From the sequence record OM135583.1: a stretch of DNA of 64,000 bases; one strand, given 5' to 3'. Positions 54,401 to 63,050 of the stretch are shown one piece after another (position 1 is the stretch's first letter; every line of letters begins with the position of its first letter). The DNA comes from Escherichia phage EP01. The translations under genes and the position numbers were made by a program. Under the pieces are notes generated by a model. That model made no database searches. It was not told the origin of the DNA and worked only from the letters and a program-made list of their open reading frames with translations.

Positions 54401-54488
54401 TGGTCATACTATCACTGTAAATAGTACAGGTAATACAGAAAACACGGTTAAAAACATTGCTTTTAACTATATCGTTCGTTTAGCATAA
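51447..54488 (+). CDS. 37: long tail fibre distal subunit gp37 (receptor-binding)
   Basis: 1013 aa; C-terminal His-x-His repeat region typical of the T4-type gp37 tip. Confidence 0.95.
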   Translation: MATLKQIQFKRSKTAGARPAASVLAEGELAINLKDRTIFTKDDSGNIIDLGFAKGGQVDGNVTINGLLKLNGDYVQTGGMTVNGPIGSTEGITAKVFRSTQGSFYTRASNDASNAHLWFENADGTERGVIYARPQTTTDGEIRLRVRQGTGSTVNSEFYFRSINGGEFQAARVIATTSMHTPSVVVNTVNHDSKTFGQYDSQSLVNYVYPGTGETNGINYLRKVRAKSGGTIYHEIASAQTGKNDEISWWTGNTLTTKLMGLRNDGAMVLRRSLAIGTITTDENTNNYGSPTPMGERYIALGDAATGLKYIKQGVYDLVGNWNSVASITPDSFRSTRRGIFGRSEDQGTTWIMPGNNAAFLSVQTQADGNTAGDGQTHIGYNSGGKMNHYFRGKGKTNINTQEGVDVNPGILKLTTGANSISFNAATGNIDSTLAFRLNKGIIIDGPDNQGFQFNAPTAADGTRSIYWNSGTRPGQNKSPVTVKAWGSAYSTGDKSRETVFEVGDGQGYYFYAQRVAPDSGSTVGRIQFRIAGALLTGGITSSGSIVTESSLVANNGLSVNGQAKFGGTANALRIWNAEYGAIFRRSENNFYIIPTNQNEGESGDIHSSLRPVRIGLNDGMVGLGRDSFIVDQNNALTTINSNSRINANFRMQLGQAAYIDAECTDAVRPAGAGSFASQNNENVRAPFYMNIDRTDTSTYVPILKQRYVQGNSCYSLGTLINGGDFRVQYHEGGDNNSTGPLIKDFGWEFRRTGDFRVPGKIIAGAATLDTDGNITGGSGNFANLNSTIESLKTDIVSSYPIGAPIPWPTDTPPEGYAIMEGQTFDKSAYPKLAAVYPSGALPDMRGQTIKGKPSGRAVLSAEADGVKAHSHSASASSTDLGTKTTSSFDYGTKGTNTTGGHTHSGSGSTSANGEHSHYMEAWSGTGKGGNLMSSYAVAYRAGGTNTNAAGNHSHTFSFGTSGAGDHSHSVGIGAHSHTVAIGSHGHTITVNSTGNTENTVKNIAFNYIVRLA

Positions 54489-54515
54489 GGAGAGGGGCTT
54501 CGGCCCCTTCTAAAT
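54487..54515 (+). promoter_or_regulatory. gene 38 translation initiation region: SD separated from AUG by a hairpin
   Basis: AAGGAG SD at 54487-54492, then GGGGC-UUCG-GCCCC hairpin (54494-54507), then ATG at 54516. Confidence 0.6.
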
Positions 54516-55067
54516 ATGAAAATCTATCATTATTATTTTGACACTAAAGAATTTTACAAAGAAGAAAATTACAAACCGATTAAAGGTCTTGGTCTTCCTG
54601 CTCATTCAACAATTAAAAAACCTTTAGACCCTAAAGAAGGCTATGCTGTTGTATTTGATGAACGTATTCAGGATTGGGTTTATAAAGAAGACCATCGCGG
54701 TAAACGAGCATGGACTTTTAATAAAGAAGAAATTTTTATAAGTGACATTGGAAGCCCGGTTGGTATAACTTTTGATGAACCCGGCGAATTTGATATATGG
54801 ACTGATGACGGTTGGAAAGAAGACGAAACATATAAGCGAGTTTTAATTCGTAATAGAAAAATTGAAGAATTATATAAAGAGTTCCAAGTTTTAAATAATA
54901 TGATTGAAGCTTCTGTCGCCAATAAAAAGGAAAAATTTTATTATAAAAATCTTAAGCGGTTCTTTGCTCTTTTAGAAAAGCATGAGCATTTAGGTGGTGA
55001 ATTCCCTGCATGGCCTGAAAAAGAACGGAAGCCTTGGTATAAGCGTTTATTCAAGCATTACGTATAA
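54516..55067 (+). CDS. 38: tail fibre assembly chaperone gp38 (T4 type)
   Basis: 183 aa, recognised T4-type gp38 (MKIYHYYFDTKEFYKEENYKP...). Confidence 0.9.
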   Translation: MKIYHYYFDTKEFYKEENYKPIKGLGLPAHSTIKKPLDPKEGYAVVFDERIQDWVYKEDHRGKRAWTFNKEEIFISDIGSPVGITFDEPGEFDIWTDDGWKEDETYKRVLIRNRKIEELYKEFQVLNNMIEASVANKKEKFYYKNLKRFFALLEKHEHLGGEFPAWPEKERKPWYKRLFKHYV

Positions 55068-55070
55068 ATA
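55063..55070 (+). promoter_or_regulatory. late promoter TATAAATA for holin t
   Basis: Exact motif overlapping the gene 38 stop, about 20 nt before the t ATG. Confidence 0.6.
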
Positions 55071-55088
55071 TCTTAAAAAGGAGGGTCT

Positions 55089-55745
55089 ATGGCAGCACCT
55101 AGAATATCATTTTCGCCCTCTGATATTCTGTTGGGTGTTCTAGATCGCTTGTTCAAAGATAACGCTACCGGGAAAGTTCTTGCTTCCCGGGTAGCTGTCG
55201 TAATTCTTTTGTTTATAATGGCGATTGTTTGGTATAGGGGAGATAGTTTCTTTGAGTACTATAAGCAATCAAAGTATGAAACATACAGTGAAATTATTGA
55301 AAAGGAAAGAACTGCACGCTTTGAATCTGTCGCCCTGGAACAACTCCAGATAGTTCATATATCATCTGAGGCAGACTTTAGTGCGGTGTATTCTTTCCGC
55401 CCTAAAAACTTAAACTATTTTGTTGATATTATAGCATATGAAGGAAAATTACCTTCAACAATAAGCGAAAAATCACTTGGAGGATATCCTGTTGATAAAA
55501 CTATGGATGAATATACAGTTCATTTAAATGGACGTCATTATTATTCCGACTCAAAATTTGCTTTTTTACCAACTAAAAAGCCTACTCCTGAAATAAATTA
55601 CATGTACAGTTGTCCATATTTCAATTTGGATAATATCTATGCTGGAACAATAACCATGTACTGGTATAGAAATGATCATATAAGTAATGACCGCCTTGAA
55701 TCAATATGTTCTCAGGCGGCCAGAATATTAGGAAGGGCTAAATAA
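55089..55745 (+). CDS. t: holin
   Basis: 218 aa; single TM segment VAVVILLFIMAIVWY and large periplasmic domain; late promoter upstream. Confidence 0.93.
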   Translation: MAAPRISFSPSDILLGVLDRLFKDNATGKVLASRVAVVILLFIMAIVWYRGDSFFEYYKQSKYETYSEIIEKERTARFESVALEQLQIVHISSEADFSAVYSFRPKNLNYFVDIIAYEGKLPSTISEKSLGGYPVDKTMDEYTVHLNGRHYYSDSKFAFLPTKKPTPEINYMYSCPYFNLDNIYAGTITMYWYRNDHISNDRLESICSQAARILGRAK

Positions 55746-56018
55746 TTATTTGTTTGTATACATCTCTAGATATCGATATACACCCTCAAAACCCTCGTTG
55801 AATTCGTCGATGAGGGTTTTCTTATCTTCTTGGGTTAATTCAGAAACAATTTTACGGAATGAATTCTGATTCAACTTTCTACCTTCATGCGTTACTCCAA
55901 TCTCATTCAGAAATGCGATAAAATTAGCACGATTCTCAACAATATCTTCTCTGGAAAATTTAATCAAAATAGACGCAACAGTAATAATTTCACGAACTGT
56001 ATCAATGTTTTTATTCAT
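55746..56018 (-). CDS. asiA: anti-sigma70 protein AsiA
   Basis: 90 aa, recognised AsiA sequence (MNKNIDTVREIITVASILIKF...). Confidence 0.93.
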   Translation of the reverse strand: MNKNIDTVREIITVASILIKFSREDIVENRANFIAFLNEIGVTHEGRKLNQNSFRKIVSELTQEDKKTLIDEFNEGFEGVYRYLEMYTNK

Positions 56019-56030
56019 TAACTACACCAC

Positions 56031-56183
56031 TCAATTAGTTGACTTTATTATAATATCATCAGACGCTTGATTTGTAAACTGGTCTGTGTTATTTTCTTCA
56101 AAAATTTTTTCTACGAATTCCTTGAACGACTCACGTTCCTGAGCTACATTATGCTCGATTACCTTTTCAAGATTATGACTCAT
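56031..56183 (-). CDS. small acidic protein, 50 aa
   Basis: ORF not in the track; its ATG overlaps the arn stop (ATGA). Confidence 0.4.
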   Translation of the reverse strand: MSHNLEKVIEHNVAQERESFKEFVEKIFEENNTDQFTNQASDDIIIKSTN

Positions 56184-56458
56184 TCGAAATAATCTTCAAT
56201 TTCGTAATCATGGACATAAATCATTATAGTTTTTAATACATCATCAATACTTTTTCCTGGAGCTGGAATTACGTAAAAATATCCCGCCTTTGAGTTATCT
56301 TTATAAGTTCCAACCAAGAAATCATTATTCTCAAGATGTAGTTCTTCAACTAATTCATCGACAATTGAGTGGTATAAATTTGGTAGAAACTTATATAGCT
56401 TTTCTAGAATGTCAATTTTGATTGTATATTGAACCACAGATTGAGAATCAATAATCAT
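56180..56458 (-). CDS. arn: Arn, anti-restriction (McrBC inhibitor)
   Basis: 92 aa, acidic, position next to asiA; sequence recalled as Arn. Confidence 0.75.
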   Translation of the reverse strand: MIIDSQSVVQYTIKIDILEKLYKFLPNLYHSIVDELVEELHLENNDFLVGTYKDNSKAGYFYVIPAPGKSIDDVLKTIMIYVHDYEIEDYFE

Positions 56459-56541
56459 AGACCTTCCCCTTATGTTTCTGTTTGCGATTAGATTCTTTAA
56501 ACGCTTTCTTCTTATCTTTATGGACAGAAGCTTTATTAAAA

Positions 56542-56760
56542 TTATGTTTTGCGACTAAATTGTTCATAGTGCTGAATTACCTCTCTTAAACATTTGCATG
56601 TGAATGAAAACTTTTTAGCTACACCACATTCAAATATATGTTCTCTTAAATCACATGTGTCAGTATATCCCATCTCAACAATAAAATGCCGTATTAGATT
56701 TTTATCTTTATCATTGAGAGAGTTAAAATAATCGGATTTTGAATTAATTTCCCTGGCCAA
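56542..56760 (-). CDS. hypothetical Cys-rich protein, 72 aa
   Basis: ORF with several Cys (TCDL, ECG, CKC). Confidence 0.5.
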   Translation of the reverse strand: MAREINSKSDYFNSLNDKDKNLIRHFIVEMGYTDTCDLREHIFECGVAKKFSFTCKCLREVIQHYEQFSRKT

Positions 56761-57040
56761 ATTGAATCACCTTCAGTTGACGTTTTAGTTCTTTTATCAT
56801 TTCTTCGTTCATCGCAATATAAAGATCGCGTAAAGCAGGTTTTAACATTCCATTTATTGGGGAACTAAATGGACATACATAATCTTTTCCTACGAGCTTT
56901 TTAGTGAATTCCATATTACAGAACTGAAATGCCGGTTCATTGGCATAAATTCCCCATTTGGTTGACATCATTTTATTGGCATATTCCAATGCCTGGATTT
57001 GATTCATAATTCCATCAATTTGAAACTTTTTAATATTCAT
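56744..57040 (-). CDS. hypothetical protein, 98 aa
   Basis: ORF. Confidence 0.5.
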   Translation of the reverse strand: MNIKKFQIDGIMNQIQALEYANKMMSTKWGIYANEPAFQFCNMEFTKKLVGKDYVCPFSSPINGMLKPALRDLYIAMNEEMIKELKRQLKVIQFGQGN

Positions 57041-57501
57041 TAGTAAAGGTCCTCAGAGTAAAGTTCTTTTTCACTACCACCACGTTCAATACGCACTTGT
57101 CCAGCATAAGTTGCAATAATCATTGCTTCTTCACGTGTCCAATAATTACTATATTGGTCAATAAACCCTTGATCATCATCACAAACTTGCTGAGTAACTA
57201 ATTGAGGTTTAACTACATCTAAAACTGCTGCCATATCTTTAGAATAATGACGAGCACCTGGAATAACAAGAGTTCGTCCATCTTTTAATTTAAAACGGTT
57301 GGCTGCGCAAACAATCCGTCGTTGATACTTTTGGTTTTCGTCCCAATATGCAGACTGCCAACAGATTTCAGGAACTTCTTTTAGAATATCTTCTTCTGTG
57401 CATTTATAACCATGTGCTTTAAATTTTTCAGCAAGACTTTCTGGAGTCTCACGAGATAAAGGAACATTCAGCATTTTTAAACGATTAATAAATAGATTCA
57501 T
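57040..57501 (-). CDS. hypothetical protein, 153 aa
   Basis: ORF. Confidence 0.55.
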   Translation of the reverse strand: MNLFINRLKMLNVPLSRETPESLAEKFKAHGYKCTEEDILKEVPEICWQSAYWDENQKYQRRIVCAANRFKLKDGRTLVIPGARHYSKDMAAVLDVVKPQLVTQQVCDDDQGFIDQYSNYWTREEAMIIATYAGQVRIERGGSEKELYSEDLY

Positions 57502-57827
57502 TTAAACCATCCTTTAATGCGCTGCCACAAAGTTTTCTGTTGAGCTTTGTTAACACCAATTGAGCGAATAACTGGTTGAGATTCCTGGAATTCTTTATAA
57601 TCAGCAAGGTAAATTTCGTAAGCTGAATCCGTAAAGGAACTTATAGCTGCCATGAAATTATTGCGAATGCCTACTGGAGCATCTTTACTTTCACGAATAA
57701 TCATGTATTTGCCAGTCTTAATCTTTACGATAGTTCCAAGATAAGCTCCGTGGTACCAGATGTCCCATCCCTCTTGAGTAGGTTCTGCGCAACGACGAAG
57801 TTCATTAACAATTTCTAACTTGTTCAT
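57498..57827 (-). CDS. hypothetical protein, 109 aa
   Basis: ORF. Confidence 0.5.
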   Translation of the reverse strand: MNKLEIVNELRRCAEPTQEGWDIWYHGAYLGTIVKIKTGKYMIIRESKDAPVGIRNNFMAAISSFTDSAYEIYLADYKEFQESQPVIRSIGVNKAQQKTLWQRIKGWFK

Positions 57828-57837
57828 TATTTATTCC

Positions 57838-58473
57838 TCACAGTTCAGATGCTACGGTGATTACAGCTTCAATGTTTTCTGTTGAGCGTTTAATGTCAAG
57901 ATACACATTACCGTTTTTAGCGATTTTACATGACATTCCGATATCAGTAAATTTCTGAATATGATGTTCCATCATTTTGTATCCAAAAATTCGCATATTT
58001 CCATTGTTATTAATTTCAAAATTACGAATTCCGTGAGTGCGTTTTTCTAAAATAGCGAGATAGTTACTGCGATAAGTTTCAACTTTTTTAAGAACAAATC
58101 CATTTTCATCTAAAAGTTTTAACATGAAGTCTTTATCTTCTTCCATATCGGAAGTAATCTCGCGAGCTTTACGTGTTGCTCGTTTTTTCAGCAGTTCAGG
58201 AGCGTTTTCCTGTGCGTATAAAGTTGCCGCATTTGAAATAATATCCTGAGCTTCACCAGTAATGATTAATCCATCACCAGATTTCTCCACCAGGCCTTTT
58301 TTAATCAATACCCCAATATTACTATTAACTACTGCGTTACCTAAATCTGGATGCACCTCACGAACTTCTGCAGCTGTAATGAAATCTTTCTTAGCAATGG
58401 TAATTAAAATCGCAGCAGTTTTTTCATTCAGAACATCGTTAGAAGCTTTGATGATGTAAGTTACTTTAGACAT
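57838..58473 (-). CDS. motA: middle transcription activator MotA
   Basis: 211 aa, recognised MotA sequence; early promoter and GGAGA SD upstream. Confidence 0.95.
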   Translation of the reverse strand: MSKVTYIIKASNDVLNEKTAAILITIAKKDFITAAEVREVHPDLGNAVVNSNIGVLIKKGLVEKSGDGLIITGEAQDIISNAATLYAQENAPELLKKRATRKAREITSDMEEDKDFMLKLLDENGFVLKKVETYRSNYLAILEKRTHGIRNFEINNNGNMRIFGYKMMEHHIQKFTDIGMSCKIAKNGNVYLDIKRSTENIEAVITVASEL

Positions 58474-58514
58474 TTTCTAATCTCCGTAATTCTGTATCAG
58501 TAGTTGATAGTTGT

Positions 58515-58544
58515 ATAGTACCACAGTATGCTTTGGTTGTAAAC
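58515..58544 (-). promoter_or_regulatory. T4-type early promoter upstream of motA
   Basis: GTTTAC, 18-nt spacer, TACTAT; inside a 73-bp element identical to 42335-42407. Confidence 0.6.
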
Positions 58545-58559
58545 CGTTTTGTGAAAAAA

Positions 58560-58596
58560 TTTTTGAAATAAAAAAGGGAGAGCCGAGGCTCTCCCT
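58560..58596 (-). terminator. rho-independent terminator (- strand)
   Basis: GGGAGAGC...GCUCUCCC hairpin followed by a U-run. Confidence 0.7.
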
Positions 58597-58600
58597 AAAA

Positions 58601-58750
58601 TTACTGCATGACTGTGATAACTGTCATGATAACACGTTGAATGCCGAACGCAAGAAGACCTCCTGCTACGGCTGGAACAACACCTAGCCCCGCTAGTAAA
58701 ATGCCACCAGATACTAATGCCGCGCTTGTAATACCAATGAATGGACTCAT
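58601..58750 (-). CDS. small hydrophobic membrane peptide, 49 aa
   Basis: ORF not in the track; ATG overlaps the gene 52 stop (ATGA); Gly/Ala-rich TM sequence. Confidence 0.45.
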   Translation of the reverse strand: MSPFIGITSAALVSGGILLAGLGVVPAVAGGLLAFGIQRVIMTVITVMQ

Positions 58751-60075
58751 TTGATTTCCTCTAAATCTTTGGTGTATTCTGTAACTACATCAGTAGTTTT
58801 CCAATATTCGTTTTCTTCTTTTTTAGCTTTAGCTTCTTCAGCAAGTTTCTTTGCTTCATCGGAAGTCATATGAAAAATATTCATTCCGACTAGTTTATCA
58901 ACATAAGAAGAATACATATCAATTTTAGAAAGTTCTTCGGTCAGTTCTTTGCGAGTTTTACCCTGCACAACAATTTCACCTGAAATTACTTTCTTAATGA
59001 AATGTGCCTTGGCAAAGGCTAAACGAAATGCTGATTCAGTTTCTTTGATTTTGTTATCAATTCGTTTTTGGACATAAGTTTTACGAACTTCAACAAAGTC
59101 TTTAATTAAATCAACTACGTTATCGTAAACTTGTAGCTTTCCTTTCTCATTAATAACTGTAATATTCTGAGAACGACGCTCAATCAACCCGAAGTCTTTC
59201 ATAATTTTTGCATGACGTTCTTCTTCGTTATCGCTCAAAGAATATTCTTTACGGAATTTAACTTTAAAGCCAAAACCATGCTCACCGCAAGCATCATCCC
59301 ACGTAATGAAGCCTTTATCTTCAAGCGGGTCTAAGATTTTACTCACATAAGTTTCACGATCATACTTATACGGAATCTCAGTGATATTCATTTGAGTTCG
59401 TGAAGTAAACTTGTACGTTCCACGAATTTCATATTGCCCGTCAATTTCAACGACTTCACCACGAAATTCTGGGAATTCTACCTTCGGTTTAGTTACTTTC
59501 TTTCCTTGAAGAGCTTGTAGTACAGCTTTCTTGACAGAAGAAACACTATGAGGAAGAATGTAAGTTGCATAACCGGTTGCAATACCGGAAACACCATTAA
59601 GAAGAACAGTAGGAATAATAGGCAAATAGAAAGCAGGAGGAATGTGTTCTTTATCTTGATGTACCGGAGCATATTCAGTATCTTTATATACGTTATAGAA
59701 ATTTTTACTTACACGAGCAAAAATATAACGACTTGCCGCTGCTTTTTGAACGGTACGAGAACCAAAGTTTCCTTGACCGTCTAACAGAGGAAAGTTATTA
59801 TTCCATGTGTTAGCCATCAAAGCCCCCGCGTCTTGCGCAGAGTTTTCACCATGATGATATCCAAGGTCCGCTACACCACCTGCAATAGAAGCGAGTTTGT
59901 GAAACTTATCTTTATTTCCTCGTGCCAAATCAAGAGCTCGAGCAATAACAAATCGTTGAACTGGCTTAAATCCATCAATCATATTTGGAATAGCACGATT
60001 TTCAACCGTGTACATAGCATAAGCCAATGCTTCATTATCAATGATACTTTTTAAATCGCGATTATTCAGTTGCAT
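58747..60075 (-). CDS. 52: DNA topoisomerase II medium subunit gp52
   Basis: 442 aa, GyrA-like cleavage-religation domain, T4 size. Confidence 0.93.
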   Translation of the reverse strand: MQLNNRDLKSIIDNEALAYAMYTVENRAIPNMIDGFKPVQRFVIARALDLARGNKDKFHKLASIAGGVADLGYHHGENSAQDAGALMANTWNNNFPLLDGQGNFGSRTVQKAAASRYIFARVSKNFYNVYKDTEYAPVHQDKEHIPPAFYLPIIPTVLLNGVSGIATGYATYILPHSVSSVKKAVLQALQGKKVTKPKVEFPEFRGEVVEIDGQYEIRGTYKFTSRTQMNITEIPYKYDRETYVSKILDPLEDKGFITWDDACGEHGFGFKVKFRKEYSLSDNEEERHAKIMKDFGLIERRSQNITVINEKGKLQVYDNVVDLIKDFVEVRKTYVQKRIDNKIKETESAFRLAFAKAHFIKKVISGEIVVQGKTRKELTEELSKIDMYSSYVDKLVGMNIFHMTSDEAKKLAEEAKAKKEENEYWKTTDVVTEYTKDLEEIK

Positions 60076-60079
60076 AAAT

Positions 60080-60220
60080 TTACCATACTAGTGAATGTAG
60101 TGCCATAATAACATCAGAAATGAAAAGCACGACTTGAATTAATCCGAACATTACTCCATAATATAGTGCTACCAATAAAGCAGCAAGGGCTACCGAGTAG
60201 CCCAAGATTTTCTTAATCAT
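60080..60220 (-). CDS. small hydrophobic peptide, 46 aa
   Basis: ORF not in the track; start overlaps the ac stop. Confidence 0.45.
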   Translation of the reverse strand: MIKKILGYSVALAALLVALYYGVMFGLIQVVLFISDVIMALHSLVW

Positions 60221-60368
60221 TAGATAACAACGCAAATGTTAAATATGCACACATACCCTGAGCTAAAGCTTGCGAAAACACACTGCTAGCATCGATACAG
60301 ATAGTTAAAACACATGCTACTATCCAACAAATAAATGAAATAACTCCTAATAGTTTTGCAATATTCAT
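60213..60368 (-). CDS. ac: Ac-position small membrane protein (acridine sensitivity)
   Basis: 51 aa, hydrophobic, GAGGA SD; position between stp and 52. Confidence 0.55.
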   Translation of the reverse strand: MNIAKLLGVISFICWIVACVLTICIDASSVFSQALAQGMCAYLTFALLSND

Positions 60369-60375
60369 ATTTTCC

Positions 60376-60456
60376 TCACTGGCGTCCGAAGACGCCTTTA
60401 GTTTTAAGATTGTTACGATAGAACTGCATTACATGTTCGTTATGGAAATTACTCAT
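60376..60456 (-). CDS. stp: Stp peptide (restriction suppressor / PrrC activator)
   Basis: 26 aa [26 protein letters not shown], recognised as T4 Stp; ATG overlaps the ndd stop (TAATG). Confidence 0.85.
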
Positions 60457-60911
60457 TAATATGCCTGCAAAACAAATTTAAAGTTATCAGCCAACATACG
60501 GTTCATTTCTTCAAGTGTTTGATACTCAGAATGATGATTACGAGTAAACGCTAAAGCTAACTGACCCTTTCCAAATCCCGTCGTCAGAGGTTTCATCTTA
60601 GAAGAAGGTAGATAAAATACTGTGTATGGAACATTGTTATTTGCAATAGTACGCGCAAGCTGAGACCGACGCTGACGAATATGACTTAGAACTGCACTGA
60701 ATCCTTGCTTAGAACGCTGATTACCTACATAAAATCGTGCAGATACACATGGACTATCAAATTGACCACCAAATTTGCTTACTAAAAAGTAAAATCCAGG
60801 GTTAGACAAAATGTCTTTATGCGGAGTTCCAAAAACCCATTCACCGCCCTTGATTGTACCAATAACAGTTGCGCCTGCATTATTCAGATCAGTAACAGTC
60901 ATGTATTTCAT
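60456..60911 (-). CDS. ndd: nucleoid disruption protein Ndd
   Basis: 151 aa from ATG 60911 with GAGGA SD; T4 size and position. Confidence 0.85.
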
Positions 60912-60971
60912 ATTAATTTCCTCTAAATTATTTTCTACTCCAAGGCCGCATGAATACATACGGCCGATAAA

Positions 60972-61187
60972 TTAATCGTCGCAGTCGACACTTAATTCCC
61001 AGAATTCTTCTACAGTATAAGTTTCAGTATCATTTTCAATACAGAAACGTTCATTACTGTTATTTGCTAAAGTAGCGTTAACTGTCATTTTCTCGCTAGT
61101 GCTCTTAAGAGGTGAAATACGAATTAACTGATCACCATTATCTAAACAGAAAATTTCACCAACTTTTACATCTTTGAAACTTTTCAT
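60972..61187 (-). CDS. hypothetical protein, 71 aa
   Basis: ORF. Confidence 0.5.
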   Translation of the reverse strand: MKSFKDVKVGEIFCLDNGDQLIRISPLKSTSEKMTVNATLANNSNERFCIENDTETYTVEEFWELSVDCDD

Positions 61188-61302
61188 AATTCACCTCAGG
61201 GAGTATAAAATCCAAATGCAGTTGTTGACCATCCCATCCAATATGGGAAATTTGCACCAATGTAAAATACAAGAATATAAAACCAAATGCTTAGTAAATT
61301 TA

Positions 61303-61500
61303 TTATTTTACACCATTCCAAATTGTTTCAACCACAGATTTTAAACCATTTTGGTGAATATCCATTCCGACAACCGCCATCAAATAGATTCCAACCACAA
61401 CTGACCCCAAGGCGAAAATCAGCATGAAAATGAATAAAGCAGGAAAAATATTATCAAAAAACCATTCCATAAATGTAAAAGCACTGCGTTTACGCTTCAT
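61303..61500 (-). CDS. small membrane protein, 65 aa
   Basis: ATG 61500 with GAGGA SD; TM segment FPALFIFMLIFALGSVVVGIYLMAVV. Confidence 0.5.
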   Translation of the reverse strand: MKRKRSAFTFMEWFFDNIFPALFIFMLIFALGSVVVGIYLMAVVGMDIHQNGLKSVVETIWNGVK

Positions 61501-61507
61501 ATTTTCC

Positions 61508-61621
61508 TCACATAAATCCAAAGTAAGCGTTTAATACATCAATCATTAAAACGATTGGGAATATACTTAAAACTACTAGTATTATAACTACATTCCATAT
61601 AGCTTTAACAATCTTTTTCAT
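61508..61621 (-). CDS. small hydrophobic peptide, 37 aa
   Basis: ORF not in the track; GGAGG SD; stop overlaps the downstream start. Confidence 0.45.
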   Translation of the reverse strand: MKKIVKAIWNVVIILVVLSIFPIVLMIDVLNAYFGFM

Positions 61622-61649
61622 TTTCTATTCCTCCGTAGTTGATAGAGTA

Positions 61650-61679
61650 ATAATACCACAGAGGAACAGTCTTGTAAAC
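61650..61679 (-). promoter_or_regulatory. T4-type early promoter
   Basis: GTTTAC, 18-nt spacer, TATTAT, downstream CTCTATCAACTAC motif. Confidence 0.55.
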
Positions 61680-61686
61680 AACTTTT

Positions 61687-61785
61687 TTAAAAATATTCGT
61701 AATAAATGTGAATACCAATCACCACTGCCGAAACTTGTGCAACCCACCACGCACAAGCAATAAGCACAGAATTAAAAATTTTCAT
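61687..61785 (-). CDS. small hydrophobic peptide, 32 aa
   Basis: ORF not in the track; GAGG SD. Confidence 0.4.
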   Translation of the reverse strand: MKIFNSVLIACAWWVAQVSAVVIGIHIYYEYF

Positions 61786-61868
61786 AATAACCTCATCACA
61801 AAAGTAAATGTTAAACAAATTAATGGAATACTAATTAACCAAACGAAACACCACCATAATGAACTCAT
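61782..61868 (-). CDS. small hydrophobic peptide, 28 aa
   Basis: ORF not in the track; ATGA overlap with the downstream peptide; weak SD. Confidence 0.3.
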   Translation of the reverse strand: MSSLWWCFVWLISIPLICLTFTFVMRLL

Positions 61869-61896
61869 AGTTCAATCTCAACGATTTTCATTTTAC

Positions 61897-62103
61897 TCAA
61901 TAATCCGCTAAAAGATCGACGATTGCATCACGAAGACACTTATTCGCAATACGTTTAAGAGCAATTTCAGTTTCTGGAGCATTTTGAATAATCATTGAAT
62001 TCAATTCAGCCTCAGCAAACTGAAGTTCTTTAACTAATTCAGCTTTATATTTTCCTTGCCCTTTCTTAGCTTTTGCTCGTTTTAATTCAGCTGTAGTAAA
62101 CAT
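61897..62103 (-). CDS. hypothetical protein, 68 aa (denB.1 position)
   Basis: ATG 62103 with GGAG SD; the track's longer form would include the promoter. Confidence 0.5.
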   Translation of the reverse strand: MFTTAELKRAKAKKGQGKYKAELVKELQFAEAELNSMIIQNAPETEIALKRIANKCLRDAIVDLLADY

Positions 62104-62137
62104 TTTATTCTCCAAATCCGTATCAGTTGATAGTTGT

Positions 62138-62167
62138 ATAGTACCACAGTCCTTGTGGTATGTAAAC
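62138..62167 (-). promoter_or_regulatory. T4-type early promoter
   Basis: GTTTAC, 18-nt spacer, TACTAT, downstream CAACTATCAACTG motif. Confidence 0.55.
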
Positions 62168-62183
62168 TGTTTTGTGAAATTTT

Positions 62184-62741
62184 TTAAATGGAAAGATACC
62201 ATCCGTTGTAGTTGCTTTTTCTTACAACCTTGCGAAGGTCTTCTCTATCACCAATGAACTTCGGAGTGTACTGGATGACACCTGGATGAATTTCTTTAGT
62301 GTTGAATATAATTATACAGTCAGCGACCTGATGATTCAGAATGGGCCCTAGATTTATTCCAGAACCGTATGGATATTCTCCACTGCATCCGGTTGTTACC
62401 GAAATCCAACGTGAGTCAGTTTGATGTGTTTTGACTTCTACACGAAGTCCACAGTATCTTGGGTGTGCCAATACATCCCATGCGTATGTATACGGGTCAT
62501 TAACATCCTCTTGACCTTTATTAACATACCCGCTCAGCCAATCTGCTACAAAAAACTCTGCATACACAGCGATACGGCATCTTTCAATAACTTCTGCTTT
62601 ATCCTGATTAGGATTTTGTTTTAAAGAGTATCTTGCTGTATCAGCAATTTTGACCTTCATTTCACTAGTCAAATCATTGTTCGATAGGGTAAATGCCGGA
62701 ATCTGAAATAGTCTCTGTAAACCTGGATTCGTTTTCTGCAT
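62184..62741 (-). CDS. denB: endonuclease IV
   Basis: 185 aa (T4 size), position next to rIIB. Confidence 0.85.
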   Translation of the reverse strand: MQKTNPGLQRLFQIPAFTLSNNDLTSEMKVKIADTARYSLKQNPNQDKAEVIERCRIAVYAEFFVADWLSGYVNKGQEDVNDPYTYAWDVLAHPRYCGLRVEVKTHQTDSRWISVTTGCSGEYPYGSGINLGPILNHQVADCIIIFNTKEIHPGVIQYTPKFIGDREDLRKVVRKSNYNGWYLSI

Positions 62742-62807
62742 TAAACTTTCCTTTTACGTCGGAATCACTGATATTCATATAATAAATCATAGTTTCCCTT
62801 AAAACAA

Positions 62808-62823
62808 AAGGGCCGAAGCCCTT
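62808..62823 (-). terminator. UUCG hairpin / candidate terminator between rIIB.1-position ORF and denB
   Basis: AAGGGC-UUCG-GCCCUU on the - strand with flanking U-rich sequence. Confidence 0.5.
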
Positions 62824-62827
62824 TATT

Positions 62828-63022
62828 TTATTTGAATTGTGCAATTCTTTTCTCTAAACAATCTGCGTAAGATTTCATTGAGATAAACTGCGAAAGCAGC
62901 AGTTCTTGCTCAACTGCATTAACCATTGAAAACTTTTCACTTTCTAAAAATTTGCTCAGTGCATTAATTTTGAGCATTAATTGATCGTATTCTTCTTTTA
63001 CTCGTGCTTGATAACCTAACAT
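62828..63022 (-). CDS. hypothetical protein, 64 aa (rIIB.1 position)
   Basis: ATG 63022 with GAGGA SD. Confidence 0.5.
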   Translation of the reverse strand: MLGYQARVKEEYDQLMLKINALSKFLESEKFSMVNAVEQELLLSQFISMKSYADCLEKRIAQFK

Positions 63023-63050
63023 AATTTTCCTCAGTAATGGGCCGAAGCCC

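Noticed and set aside
56448-56567. 39-aa Lys-rich ORF overlapping the arn start and the 3' end of the 72-aa ORF
   Set aside because: No SD, and it overlaps two better-supported ORFs in other frames; possibly real but unsupported.
61188-61302. 115-bp gap between two small ndd-region ORFs as a possible small gene or promoter
   Set aside because: Only 13-aa ORFs are possible and no convincing GTTTAC/-10 or MotA-box/-10 pair was found on the transcribed strand.
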